DNA from: an uncultured Flavobacteriales bacterium
GTDB lineage: Bacteria > Bacteroidota > Bacteroidia > Flavobacteriales > BACL11
Assembly (NCBI GenBank): GCA_913031595.1
Contig: CAJWCP010000002.1
Span: forward strand, 23-64,022
Length of the DNA stretch: 64,000 nucleotides
Direction of reading: 5' to 3'
Shown piece after piece: positions 10,698 to 19,052 of this stretch. The position numbers were made by a program, and so were the translations under genes. Each line of letters opens with the position of its first letter. Position 1 is the first letter of the stretch. The notes beneath the pieces are model-generated. The model saw only the letters and a program-made list of their open reading frames with translations. It was not told the origin of the DNA and searched no databases.

Positions 10698-11444
10698 TTA
10701 TTTCTTTAATCTTTGAAATAGCTTTGATGCAAACACGAAGTTATCAAGTTCCATATTGTTAGAATTAATTAACTCTTCTTTATTGCCTGTCCACCATATT
10801 TCTCCTTGATTAATAAAAGCAATATTATCTCCGATTTGCATTACTGAGTTCATATCATGAGTATTAACAATTGTAGTTATATTATATTCTTCTGTAATTT
10901 CTCTAATTAAATCATCAATTAAAATAGCAGTTTTGGGATCAAGTCCTGAATTAGGTTCATCACAAAACAAGTATTTAGGCTGCATAGATATTGCTCTTGC
11001 AATAGCTACTCTTTTAACCATACCTCCACTTAGTTCAGAAGGCATTAGATGGTTAGTATTTGTAAGCTTTACTCTTTCTAAACAGAAGTTAACTCTATTA
11101 AGTTTCTCGCTAGTTGTTTTAGTTGTAAACATAGTTAAAGGAAACATAATATTTTCCTCAACAGTCATATAGTCATAAAGAGCCCCTCCTTGGAAGAGCA
11201 TTCCTATTTCTTGTCTTAGTAATCTTTTTTGTTTGTTTCTCATCTCATTAAAATTGATGCCATCAAAACATACGTTGCCTGAATCTGCTTCGTATAAGCC
11301 AACTAGAATTTTCAATAAAGTTGTTTTTCCAGATCCACTTTCTCCTATTATTAGGTTTGTTTTACCTTGTTTGAAGGAGAAAGACATGTTCTTTAATACA
11401 TGATTATTGCCAAATTTTTTTTCTATGTTATTTATTGTTATCAA
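10698..11444 (-). CDS. ABC transporter ATP-binding protein (MlaF-like)
   Basis: Walker A GESGSGKTT, signature LSGGMVKRVAIAR and Walker B LFCDEP. Has a 4-nt overlap with the upstream permease gene. Confidence 0.85.
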   Translation of the reverse strand: MITINNIEKKFGNNHVLKNMSFSFKQGKTNLIIGESGSGKTTLLKILVGLYEADSGNVCFDGINFNEMRNKQKRLLRQEIGMLFQGGALYDYMTVEENIMFPLTMFTTKTTSEKLNRVNFCLERVKLTNTNHLMPSELSGGMVKRVAIARAISMQPKYLFCDEPNSGLDPKTAILIDDLIREITEEYNITTIVNTHDMNSVMQIGDNIAFINQGEIWWTGNKEELINSNNMELDNFVFASKLFQRLKK

Positions 11445-12181
11445 GCCAATATAAGATCTGTTAGAATATAATTAAATAATAATATAACGATACTGCTTGA
11501 TACAACAGCCTTTGTGCTTGATTTGCCAACTGCAATAGCACCTCCTTTAGCATAGTATCCAAAATAAGAAGATACTGAAGAGATAATAAAAGCAAAAACA
11601 ATAGTTTTAATGACAGCATATGTAATATAAAAAGATCTAAATTCATATCTTATTCCATATAAGAACTCTGCGGTTGTTACATCAGCAGAGAGTCCTCCTA
11701 TCCATGCTCCAATCATTCCAATAAACATACTTAATATAATTAAGAAAGGGAAAAATAGCGTAGTTGCAATAATCTTAGGTAAGATTAAAAAAGAAGCTGA
11801 ATTAATACCCATGATTTCTAAGGCATCAATTTGTTCTGTGATTCTCATAGATCCAAGTTCAGAAGCTATACTTGACCCAACTTTTCCAGCCAATATTAAT
11901 GATAGCATTGTAGGAGAGAATTCTAGAATTAGAGAATCTCTACTTGCCACACCTACAAGATACATTGGGATTAGAGGACTTTCAATATTGTATTTTGTCT
12001 GTATTGCAACTACAGCTCCTACAAAAAGAGAGATAATTATTACAAGCCATAAAGAATTAATACCTACTTTTTCTAATTCAAGTAATAATTGTCTTCTAAA
12101 AAGAGATGAATTTTTAGGCTTACTAATGACTCGTTGCATTAATGTTATGTACTTTCCTAGAGAATGAAATAATTTCATCAT
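11441..12181 (-). CDS. MlaE-family ABC transporter permease
   Basis: 246 aa polytopic membrane protein with the MlaE-type segment (ITEQIDALEIMGIN). Coupled to the downstream ATPase. Confidence 0.85.
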   Translation of the reverse strand: MMKLFHSLGKYITLMQRVISKPKNSSLFRRQLLLELEKVGINSLWLVIIISLFVGAVVAIQTKYNIESPLIPMYLVGVASRDSLILEFSPTMLSLILAGKVGSSIASELGSMRITEQIDALEIMGINSASFLILPKIIATTLFFPFLIILSMFIGMIGAWIGGLSADVTTAEFLYGIRYEFRSFYITYAVIKTIVFAFIISSVSSYFGYYAKGGAIAVGKSSTKAVVSSSIVILLFNYILTDLILA

Positions 12182-12206
12182 ATTGCCTAAAAATAAGTAA
12201 TTTATT

Positions 12207-12214
12207 TAATTTTG
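12207..12214 (+). promoter_or_regulatory. Bacteroidetes-type -7 promoter box TAATTTTG
   Basis: Exact TAnnTTTG match 8 nt upstream of the ATG at 12223. Confidence 0.4.
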
Positions 12215-12222
12215 TTTAGTCT

Positions 12223-12351
12223 ATGAAAACACAAAGATATCATCTTTTATTTATTCTTATTTTATTGTTTTTTTCCTCTTGTGTTTTAAACAAAAAAAAT
12301 CGTTGTAATACTTGTCCTACTTTCTCAGCACATACGACTATAAATAAATAA
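12223..12351 (+). CDS. Small predicted lipoprotein (42 aa), not in the ORF track
   Basis: Reads MKTQRYHLLFILILLFFSSCVLNKKNRCNTCPTFSAHTTINK. This gives a signal peptide plus a lipobox-like FSSC, then a 23-aa mature peptide with three Cys. A -7 box lies directly upstream. Confidence 0.4.
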   Translation: MKTQRYHLLFILILLFFSSCVLNKKNRCNTCPTFSAHTTINK

Positions 12352-12381
12352 CTTATTTTATTGCGATTTCTTCTTAATAAC

Positions 12382-12389
12382 TATATTTG
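12382..12389 (+). promoter_or_regulatory. -7 promoter box TATATTTG
   Basis: Exact TAnnTTTG match 26 nt upstream of the ATG at 12416. A TTG at 12361-12363 lies at plausible -33 spacing. Confidence 0.4.
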
Positions 12390-12415
12390 CGAATACTACA
12401 AAAACAGGCATAAAT

Positions 12416-13522
12416 ATGGAATTCAACTTAAGGTTATTTATTTTAGATAATCTTGAAGCAGCAGGTGCAATAGGAGGTTATGTTTCTTTATCAATCATTG
12501 GTTTTGCTTTGATTAGTTTTGCAATACAAAAAAGAAATGATAAGCTAGTTAGTCAGATTGGTCCTAAGTGGACACATCCTATTATTGGGTCTTTTTTAGG
12601 GGCAATTCCTGGTTGTGGAGCAACAATTATAGTAGCAACATTATATAAAAATAAAAAAATATCTTTTGGGGGGTTATTTGCCACTTTCATTAGCACTCTA
12701 GGTGAAGGTTCATTTGTTTTATTAGGATCTTCTAGAGAGGCAGACGTTATAGGTAACTTACAAGCATATGCAATAATTACTGTTTTTGGATTAATTGCAG
12801 GAGTTATTTTTGGATATTTATTTGATCTTTTTGGATTTAGAGCCAATTTTGAAAGTCATCAGGAAGAATATAAAGAAAATCAAACACTTCAAATAGCACA
12901 AAATAATTTGTCATTCAGATTTATTGAAAATTTTGGATTTTATGCCATCATATCAATGGCTATCTTTTTAGCTCCAAGTTCTATTATGGCTTTATGGGGT
13001 GGAGAGATTAAAACCATTTCAAATTTAACTTATTGGGTCTCAGTAGCATTTACTGTTACATGTATCATTTTCTATTGTGTAAGTGTATTTATTTATAAAC
13101 AACATGATTGTCATTCTTCTTATAATGCTATTAAATCAACTATTTCACATTCCGTCTTAGATGTTGCTTTGGTAGTGACATATGTTTTTATTGGATTATT
13201 TCTTGCTAATTATCTTATTGATGTACTTGTCGGGCCAGAGACATTTGATACATGGATGACATCCTCAGCATACGTTGTTATATTATTAGCAGCTTTAATA
13301 GGAGTAACACCTGGTTGTGGAGGAATGATTGCAGTTGCTGTAGCCTTTATTACTATTCCTAATTTTCCGATAGCTGCATTAATTGCAGCGGCTATAGCAA
13401 CAAGTGGAGATGGCATATTCCCTTTACTTGCAGAAAATAGAAAAGATGGAATTATTGTTTCTATGGTTGGATTAGTAGTTGCTTTAGTTGTAGGCTACAC
13501 AGCTTTAGTTATAGGGTTTTGA
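12416..13522 (+). CDS. Polytopic permease with an internal two-fold repeat (resembles the putative 10-TM metal/metalloid exporter family ArsP_2)
   Basis: 368 aa with about 10 hydrophobic spans. The duplicated motif pair is GAIPGCGATIIVA...LGEGSFVLL and GVTPGCGGMIAVA...SGDGIFPLL. The family assignment is from memory of that family, not a search. Confidence 0.55.
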   Translation: MEFNLRLFILDNLEAAGAIGGYVSLSIIGFALISFAIQKRNDKLVSQIGPKWTHPIIGSFLGAIPGCGATIIVATLYKNKKISFGGLFATFISTLGEGSFVLLGSSREADVIGNLQAYAIITVFGLIAGVIFGYLFDLFGFRANFESHQEEYKENQTLQIAQNNLSFRFIENFGFYAIISMAIFLAPSSIMALWGGEIKTISNLTYWVSVAFTVTCIIFYCVSVFIYKQHDCHSSYNAIKSTISHSVLDVALVVTYVFIGLFLANYLIDVLVGPETFDTWMTSSAYVVILLAALIGVTPGCGGMIAVAVAFITIPNFPIAALIAAAIATSGDGIFPLLAENRKDGIIVSMVGLVVALVVGYTALVIGF

Positions 13523-13623
13523 TTTATGCATATTTTTAGTGAAATATTTATAAGACTTTTAAAAGATTTAGATGCTATTTTATCTGATTTAGAGACTAAT
13601 TGTAATGCCTATAATCATGTTAG

Positions 13624-14211
13624 ATGATATATTCTTATAGTAAACATATACCTCTGCAGAGTATTTCGAAAATCAAGTCTTGGGTTAAAGATTTAGATGT
13701 AGATATAAATGTTGTTAAAGCTAGAAAAACAAAATTAGGAGATTTTAAGGTGCGGAATGGAAAAATGTCTATTAGTATTAATTGTAATTTGAATCAATAT
13801 GCATTTTTAATAACACTGACACATGAATTAGCTCATGCTTTTATTTATAAAAAGTATAAAAACACGGTTAAACCACATGGAAAAGAATGGCAATTTATGT
13901 TTAGGAAGATGTTGCTTAATTTTCTTTCTCCAATTTATTTTCCAGAAAGCATCCTAAGACCTTTAAGTCTTTATATAAAAAAACCAAAGGCAGCAACATG
14001 TAGTGATATTAATCTCTCTCTAGTTTTAAGAGATTATGATAGTAAGAAAAAATTAATTATCTCTGAGATTAAGGAGGGAGATTTATTTCAGATTCACAAC
14101 GGAAGGAGTTTTATTAAAGGATCATTACTTAGGAAGCGTTTTAAATGTGTTGAAAAAGACACCAAAAGAGTATATCTTTTTAGTCCTTTAACTGTCGTAA
14201 AAAAGTATTAA
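13624..14211 (+). CDS. SprT-like zinc metalloprotease domain protein
   Basis: 195 aa with an HExxH motif in LTHELAHAF followed by KPHGKEW. Length and layout are typical of Bacteroidetes SprT-like proteins. Confidence 0.7.
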   Translation: MIYSYSKHIPLQSISKIKSWVKDLDVDINVVKARKTKLGDFKVRNGKMSISINCNLNQYAFLITLTHELAHAFIYKKYKNTVKPHGKEWQFMFRKMLLNFLSPIYFPESILRPLSLYIKKPKAATCSDINLSLVLRDYDSKKKLIISEIKEGDLFQIHNGRSFIKGSLLRKRFKCVEKDTKRVYLFSPLTVVKKY

Positions 14212-14270
14212 AAAAGAGGGTTTCTTTCAATTATTGTATTTTAGCGTTTTATTTTAAATTACTTTTAGAG

Positions 14271-15362
14271 ATGAATAAAAATAATTTTGCAGTAATTATG
14301 GCCGGTGGTGTTGGATCAAGATTTTGGCCAATCAGCAAAAAAGATTCTCCTAAACAGTTTTTGGATGTTTTAGGTGTTGGAGAAACATTAATACAGCAAA
14401 CATTTAATCGATTACGTAAAGTTTGTCTTGAAGAAAATATTTTTGTTATCACAAATGTGAATTATAAATCATTATGTTTCGAGCAACTACCAGCGCTAAG
14501 TAAATCTAATATTCTATGTGAGCCTGCTATACGAAATACAGCCCCTTGTATAGCCTATGCTTGTTTTAAGATAAAAAGTATAAATGAAGATGCAAATATT
14601 ATTATTGCGGCATCGGATCATATTATTACAAAAGAAGATGCATTTCTAAGAGTTGTTGACACCTGCCTGAATATTAGTGCTAATAATGATATTCTTATAA
14701 CATTAGGAATAACTCCTTCTCGTCCTGAAACAGGATATGGGTATATTCAATTTACTTCAGAGCAGTTGCTTAATTATAAGAAGATTAGGAAGGTTAAGAC
14801 TTTTACAGAGAAACCTAATCAAGAATTAGCATTAAATTTTTTAGATAGCGGAGATTTCTTATGGAATTCTGGCATGTTTATTTGGAATGTTAAAGCAATT
14901 ACTCTAGCTTTCAGAAAGCATTTACGTGATATGTATGACGTATTTGAAGAAGGAGCAGAGTTTTATAATTCATCGGATGAGCAAGATTATATTGACCGAG
15001 TATTCCCGGGATGTAAGAATGTATCTATTGATTATGGAATAATGGAAAAATCTGATAATGTTTATGTCTATCCTGCTAGTTTTGGATGGAGTGATTTAGG
15101 AACTTGGGGATCTTTATTTGCGCATCTTTCACATGATTCTAATAATAATGTTGTACAGGGAAAAAATGTAATTCTTTATGATGCATCTGAGAATATTGTC
15201 AGGGTGTCAGATGATAAATTAATGGTCCTACAAGGATTATCTGGCTATATTATTGTTGAAAATCAAGATGGCTCTATGCTAATTTGTAAAAAAGAAGAAG
15301 AGCAAAGAATAAAAGATTTTGTTAATGACCTGAAATCTAAGGGTAAAGAGAGATATATTTAA
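14271..15362 (+). CDS. manC: Mannose-1-phosphate guanylyltransferase
   Basis: 363 aa. Nucleotidyl-transferase N-terminus AVIMAGGVGSRFWP(I)S, GYGYI motif, and no PMI domain. Confidence 0.8.
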   Translation: MNKNNFAVIMAGGVGSRFWPISKKDSPKQFLDVLGVGETLIQQTFNRLRKVCLEENIFVITNVNYKSLCFEQLPALSKSNILCEPAIRNTAPCIAYACFKIKSINEDANIIIAASDHIITKEDAFLRVVDTCLNISANNDILITLGITPSRPETGYGYIQFTSEQLLNYKKIRKVKTFTEKPNQELALNFLDSGDFLWNSGMFIWNVKAITLAFRKHLRDMYDVFEEGAEFYNSSDEQDYIDRVFPGCKNVSIDYGIMEKSDNVYVYPASFGWSDLGTWGSLFAHLSHDSNNNVVQGKNVILYDASENIVRVSDDKLMVLQGLSGYIIVENQDGSMLICKKEEEQRIKDFVNDLKSKGKERYI

Positions 15363-16757
15363 TTATATTTCTCCACACATATCTTCAGGCTTTACCCAAT
15401 TTTCAAATTCTTCATTTGTTAGATAGCCTAGATTTACAGCTTCTTCTTTTAATGTTGTCCCATTTTTATGAGCATTCTTCGCAATTTCAGCAGCTTTCTC
15501 ATATCCAATTTTAGTATTTAATGCTGTAATTAGCATTAAAGAATTATCAAGATGACTTTTAATTCTTTTATAATTAGGCTGAATATCTTTTAGACATTTT
15601 GTATTAAAAGAAATACAGGCATCGCTGATTAATTTAGCAGATTGTAAGAAATTATGTGCAATTAATGGCTTAAACACGTTTAGTTCATAATGACCTTGAG
15701 CTCCCCCTATAGATATGCTTACATCATTTCCTATTACTTCCGCACATACCATTGTTAATGCTTCACATTGTGTAGGGTTTGTTTTTCCTGGCATAATTGA
15801 AGATCCTGGTTCATTTGCAGGTATTACTAATTCTCCTATACCACTTCTTGGCCCAGATGCTAACATTCTTATATCATTTGCAATTTTATTTAAGGAAACT
15901 GCTAATTGTTTTAGGGCAGCATGACTCTCTACTATTGCATCATGTGCTGCAATAGCTTCAAATTTATTATTAGCACTTATAAATGGTAGATTTGTAAAAT
16001 CTGATATATATTTTGCTACTAGATTTGAGTATCCTTTAGGAGTATTAATTCCTGTTCCTACAGCAGTTCCTCCAAGTGCAATCTCAGATAAATGATCTAA
16101 GCTATTTTTCAAAGCTTTAATACCATGCTCAATTTGTGATGAATAACCGGAGAAAACTTGCCCAAGAGTTACAGGGGTTGCATCCATAAGATGTGTTCTT
16201 CCAATTTTCACTATAGATTTAAATTCTATTGATTTATCTTCTAAGCTTTTTTTCAATTTTGATAAAGCAGGTATAGTATTATCAATTAACATTTTATAAG
16301 CAGCAATATGCATACTTGTAGGATATGTGTCATTTGAGCTTTGAGATTTATTGACATCATCATTAGGGTGAATAGTTTTTTCAACATCTGTAATCTTCCC
16401 TCCTGAGATTACATGAGCTCTATTAGCAATCACTTCATTAATATTCATATTAGTTTGTGTTCCACTTCCTGTTTGCCATATTACTAATGGAAACTGATCA
16501 TTATGTTTCCCCTCTAATATTTCTTCACATACTTTTGAGATTAATTCTTTTTTTTCTTTTGATAAAACACCTAGTTCATGATTTGTAAAGGCCGCTGCTT
16601 TTTTTAGATAAGCAAAGCCGTAAATTATCTCTAAAGGCATACTTGATTCTGGACCAATTTTAAAGTTTTGTCTACTTCTTTCTGTTTGTGCCCCCCAATA
16701 TTTATCGAAAGGAACTTCTATTTCTCCTAATGTGTCTTTTTCTAATCTAAATTTCAT
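15363..16757 (-). CDS. fumC: Fumarate hydratase class II
   Basis: 464 aa with the [11 protein letters not shown] signature loop and the class II fumarase/aspartase fold. Confidence 0.95.
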   Translation of the reverse strand: MKFRLEKDTLGEIEVPFDKYWGAQTERSRQNFKIGPESSMPLEIIYGFAYLKKAAAFTNHELGVLSKEKKELISKVCEEILEGKHNDQFPLVIWQTGSGTQTNMNINEVIANRAHVISGGKITDVEKTIHPNDDVNKSQSSNDTYPTSMHIAAYKMLIDNTIPALSKLKKSLEDKSIEFKSIVKIGRTHLMDATPVTLGQVFSGYSSQIEHGIKALKNSLDHLSEIALGGTAVGTGINTPKGYSNLVAKYISDFTNLPFISANNKFEAIAAHDAIVESHAALKQLAVSLNKIANDIRMLASGPRSGIGELVIPANEPGSSIMPGKTNPTQCEALTMVCAEVIGNDVSISIGGAQGHYELNVFKPLIAHNFLQSAKLISDACISFNTKCLKDIQPNYKRIKSHLDNSLMLITALNTKIGYEKAAEIAKNAHKNGTTLKEEAVNLGYLTNEEFENWVKPEDMCGEI

Positions 16758-16800
16758 TTTGAAATATTTTGGTAATTCTTAATAGTTGTGTTTCTTTGTG

Positions 16801-16808
16801 CAAACTTA
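16801..16808 (-). promoter_or_regulatory. -7 promoter box TAAGTTTG (minus strand)
   Basis: Exact TAnnTTTG match about 43 nt upstream of the fumC ATG. Confidence 0.35.
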
Positions 16809-16958
16809 ATGATTATGAAATTCTTAGGCTTTCTATTATTTGTTTTTGTGTTTCTCATGGCGTTTTGGGGTCTTATTTTTTTAGCTAGTGTTGTTCCATA
16901 TTTTATATATGTCTGGATTAGAGAGGGGAAACTAGATGATGATCAAATTCCTCTTTAA
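16809..16958 (+). CDS. Hypothetical small membrane protein (49 aa), not in the ORF track
   Basis: Reads MIMKFLGFLLFVFVFLMAFWGLIFLASVVPYFIYVWIREGKLDDDQIPL, giving two hydrophobic spans. It fills an otherwise empty 197-nt gap. No other support. Confidence 0.25.
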   Translation: MIMKFLGFLLFVFVFLMAFWGLIFLASVVPYFIYVWIREGKLDDDQIPL

Positions 16959-17296
16959 TTAAACAAACTTAAGACATTTTCAGGAGGTCTACCAATAACA
17001 GCTTTTTTATTATTTGTCACAATAGGCCTTTCCATTAATTTAGGTTTATCTAACATTATTTGTATTATTTCATTGTTGTTTAATTTTTTAGATTTATAAT
17101 TTTCTTTCCAGACACTTTCATTTTTACGTATTAATTCAATGGGCTGGATACTTAATTTCTCAATAATATTCTTTAATTCATCAAATGTCATTGGATTTTT
17201 AAGATAATTAATTACAGTAATTTCATTAGTTTTAGATAGCAGGATTTTTAATGTATCTCTACTTTTACTACATCTTGGGTTATGGTATATTTTCAT
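16955..17296 (-). CDS. arsC: Arsenate reductase, glutaredoxin-type ArsC family
   Basis: 113 aa. Has YHNPRCSKSR with the catalytic Cys, and Arg residues at positions matching the R60/R94/R107 triad (IRKNE, MERPIV, IGRPPE). Confidence 0.7.
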   Translation of the reverse strand: MKIYHNPRCSKSRDTLKILLSKTNEITVINYLKNPMTFDELKNIIEKLSIQPIELIRKNESVWKENYKSKKLNNNEIIQIMLDKPKLMERPIVTNNKKAVIGRPPENVLSLFN

Positions 17297-17445
17297 TTTT
17301 TTGATTAATATTTTTATTTATAACTAATATAAACTGTTGAGCTATATCTGATTTATCAGAAGGGGCTACTTTCTTTGGGCTGTAAAGGATCATATTTAGG
17401 GCTTTCTTTATCCAATCTAATAATTTATTTTACATAATTAAGAAT

Positions 17446-18522
17446 TTATTTTTGACCAAATTCCATTAAATAGGATTTAATAAAAGGGTTAATATCTCCA
17501 TCTAATACATTGTTAGGATTTGAACTCTCATGATTTGTTCTTAGATCTTTTACCATTTTATATGGATGCAGAACATAGCTTCTAATTTGAGAACCCCATT
17601 CTATTTTCTTTTTTTCTCCTTCTATTTTTTCTTTTTCTTCCTTTTGTTTTCTAAGCTCCAATTCATATAATTGTGATTTTAGAAGCTTTAGAGCCTTATC
17701 TTTATTTTCTAATTGTGATCTAGTTTCAGAGTTTTCAATAATAATTCCTGTTGGCTTGTGTTTTAATCTAACAGCTGTTTCTACTTTATTAACTCCTTGA
17801 CCACCAGCTCCTCCTGCACGAAAAGTGTCCCAGCTAATATCTGAGGGATCAATTGTAATGTCAATTGTTTCATCTGCTAGAGGATAGACAAAAACAGAAG
17901 CAAATGTAGTATGTCTTTTTGCATTTGAATCATAAGGTGAAATTCTTACTAACCTATGCACCCCATTTTCACCTTTTAGGTGTCCAAAAGAAAAATCACC
18001 CTCAAATTCTAGAGTTACAGATTTAATGCCTACAGGTTCTGCTTTTTGAATATTAAGGGTTTTAATTTTATAATTATTTTTGTCTCCCCACATTAGATAC
18101 ATTCGCATTAACATTTCTGCCCAGTCTTGACCTTCAGTTCCTCCTGCGCCTGGATTTATTGTCATCACTGCAGACATGCCATCTTCTTTTGCACTTAACA
18201 TTCTTTTAAATTCTAACTCTTCAATTACTACCTTTGTTTTATTTATCTGTTCCTCCATCTCTTTTTCAGTTGCTTTAAGCTCAAATAGAACGTTAAGTTC
18301 ATCAATATTATTGACTATATCTTCATAAGATTGCACCCAATTTTTAAGAGTGTTAAGTTCTTTAAGTATAGCCTCAGCTTTTTTAGGATTATTCCAGAAA
18401 TCATTTTGATGAGAAAGGGCTTCTAATTCATTTATTTTAATTTTTTTTGATTGTATTTTCGTAACCTCATAAAGTTTTTCTTTTCTTTTTTCTAGATTAT
18501 TTATGTTTTCTTCAATAGCCAT
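17446..18522 (-). CDS. prfB: Peptide chain release factor 2 (single uninterrupted ORF)
   Basis: 358 aa with the GGQ motif ([13 protein letters not shown]) and an RF2-type recognition loop [15 protein letters not shown]. No in-frame stop or frameshift site near codon 25. Confidence 0.95.
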   Translation of the reverse strand: MAIEENINNLEKRKEKLYEVTKIQSKKIKINELEALSHQNDFWNNPKKAEAILKELNTLKNWVQSYEDIVNNIDELNVLFELKATEKEMEEQINKTKVVIEELEFKRMLSAKEDGMSAVMTINPGAGGTEGQDWAEMLMRMYLMWGDKNNYKIKTLNIQKAEPVGIKSVTLEFEGDFSFGHLKGENGVHRLVRISPYDSNAKRHTTFASVFVYPLADETIDITIDPSDISWDTFRAGGAGGQGVNKVETAVRLKHKPTGIIIENSETRSQLENKDKALKLLKSQLYELELRKQKEEKEKIEGEKKKIEWGSQIRSYVLHPYKMVKDLRTNHESSNPNNVLDGDINPFIKSYLMEFGQK

Positions 18523-18534
18523 TGTAACATATTA

Positions 18535-19005
18535 TTAATTATGTAATTCTTTCATTTTTTCCCATACTAAAGAGGATTCAAATCCTCTTTGAATTAAGAA
18601 GTTTGCAATTTTTTTCTTTCTTATAAAGATATTAGTGTCCAGTGTTTTTCTTTTTTTTTGATTAAATAATTTATCTAAAACTTCCAGGTATTCTTTTTCA
18701 CTGATAGATTGTATTCCTTGTTCAATATAATTTTCTGCAATACATTTCTTTTTTAATGCATAGATAATTTTTCTTTTCCCCCAATTTTTTGTTTTAAATT
18801 TTCCTCTACAGAAAGACTGACTGAAACGCTTTTCATTAAGATAATTTTCATTTAAAAGGATATCTATAATATATTGTTGATTTTCATTACTTAATCCTAA
18901 AAGATCCATTTTTCTTATTACATCTGATTTTGCTCGTTCTTCACGAGCGCAATAGTTTTTCATCTTTTCAGTAAAGTGAGTTATATATTGCATGTTTTTC
19001 TTCAT
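18535..19005 (-). CDS. recX: Recombination regulator RecX
   Basis: Repeated three-helix RecX modules (YCAREERAKSDVIRKM, NENYLNEKRFSQSF). Start set to the ATG at 19005 because a -7 box occupies 19012-19019. Confidence 0.75.
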   Translation of the reverse strand: MKKNMQYITHFTEKMKNYCAREERAKSDVIRKMDLLGLSNENQQYIIDILLNENYLNEKRFSQSFCRGKFKTKNWGKRKIIYALKKKCIAENYIEQGIQSISEKEYLEVLDKLFNQKKRKTLDTNIFIRKKKIANFLIQRGFESSLVWEKMKELHN

Positions 19006-19011
19006 ACCTTT

Positions 19012-19019
19012 CAAAGGTA
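19012..19019 (-). promoter_or_regulatory. -7 promoter box TACCTTTG (minus strand)
   Basis: Exact TAnnTTTG match 6 nt upstream of the recX ATG at 19005. The longest-ORF TTG start at 19014 lies inside the box. Confidence 0.4.
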
Positions 19020-19039
19020 AGAATTCTCTTATTAAATAC

Positions 19040-19047
19040 TACTTTTG
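19040..19047 (+). promoter_or_regulatory. -7 promoter box TACTTTTG
   Basis: Exact TAnnTTTG match 5 nt upstream of the GTG start of the MFS gene at 19053. Confidence 0.35.
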
Positions 19048-19052
19048 TCATT

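Noticed and set aside
11811-12167. 118-aa plus-strand ORF antisense to the MlaE permease. Similar antisense ORFs lie at 12553-12846, 18968-19312, 23935-24225, 50183-50422 and 62462-62767.
   Set aside because: All are fully embedded opposite well-supported genes. They have low-complexity or odd composition and no promoter box or independent motif. They are typical shadow ORFs.
13526-13627. 33-codon ORF (MHIFSEIFIRLLKDLDAILSDLETNCNAYNHVR) overlapping the SprT-like start by ATGA.
   Set aside because: It has no signal peptide, no promoter box and no recognisable motif. The SprT-like protein is already full length from 13624. This is probably chance, although translational coupling cannot be excluded.
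12416-17296. Possible ars operon (ArsP_2-like permease plus arsC).
   Set aside because: The two genes are 3.4 kb apart on opposite strands and separated by the SprT-like gene, manC and fumC. No arsR, arsB or acr3 is present, so there is no operon.
17363-17409. Relatively G+C-rich island with direct repeats GGGCT(AC)TTTCTTT (17363-17376 and 17399-17409) plus GGGCTG in the prfB-arsC spacer. I considered a small RNA, a terminator or a protein-binding site.
   Set aside because: All copies are in the same orientation, so no hairpin forms. The only nearby stem (TCTGA/TCAGA, 17347-17360) is 5 bp without a U-run. The element is too short to separate from chance without comparative data.
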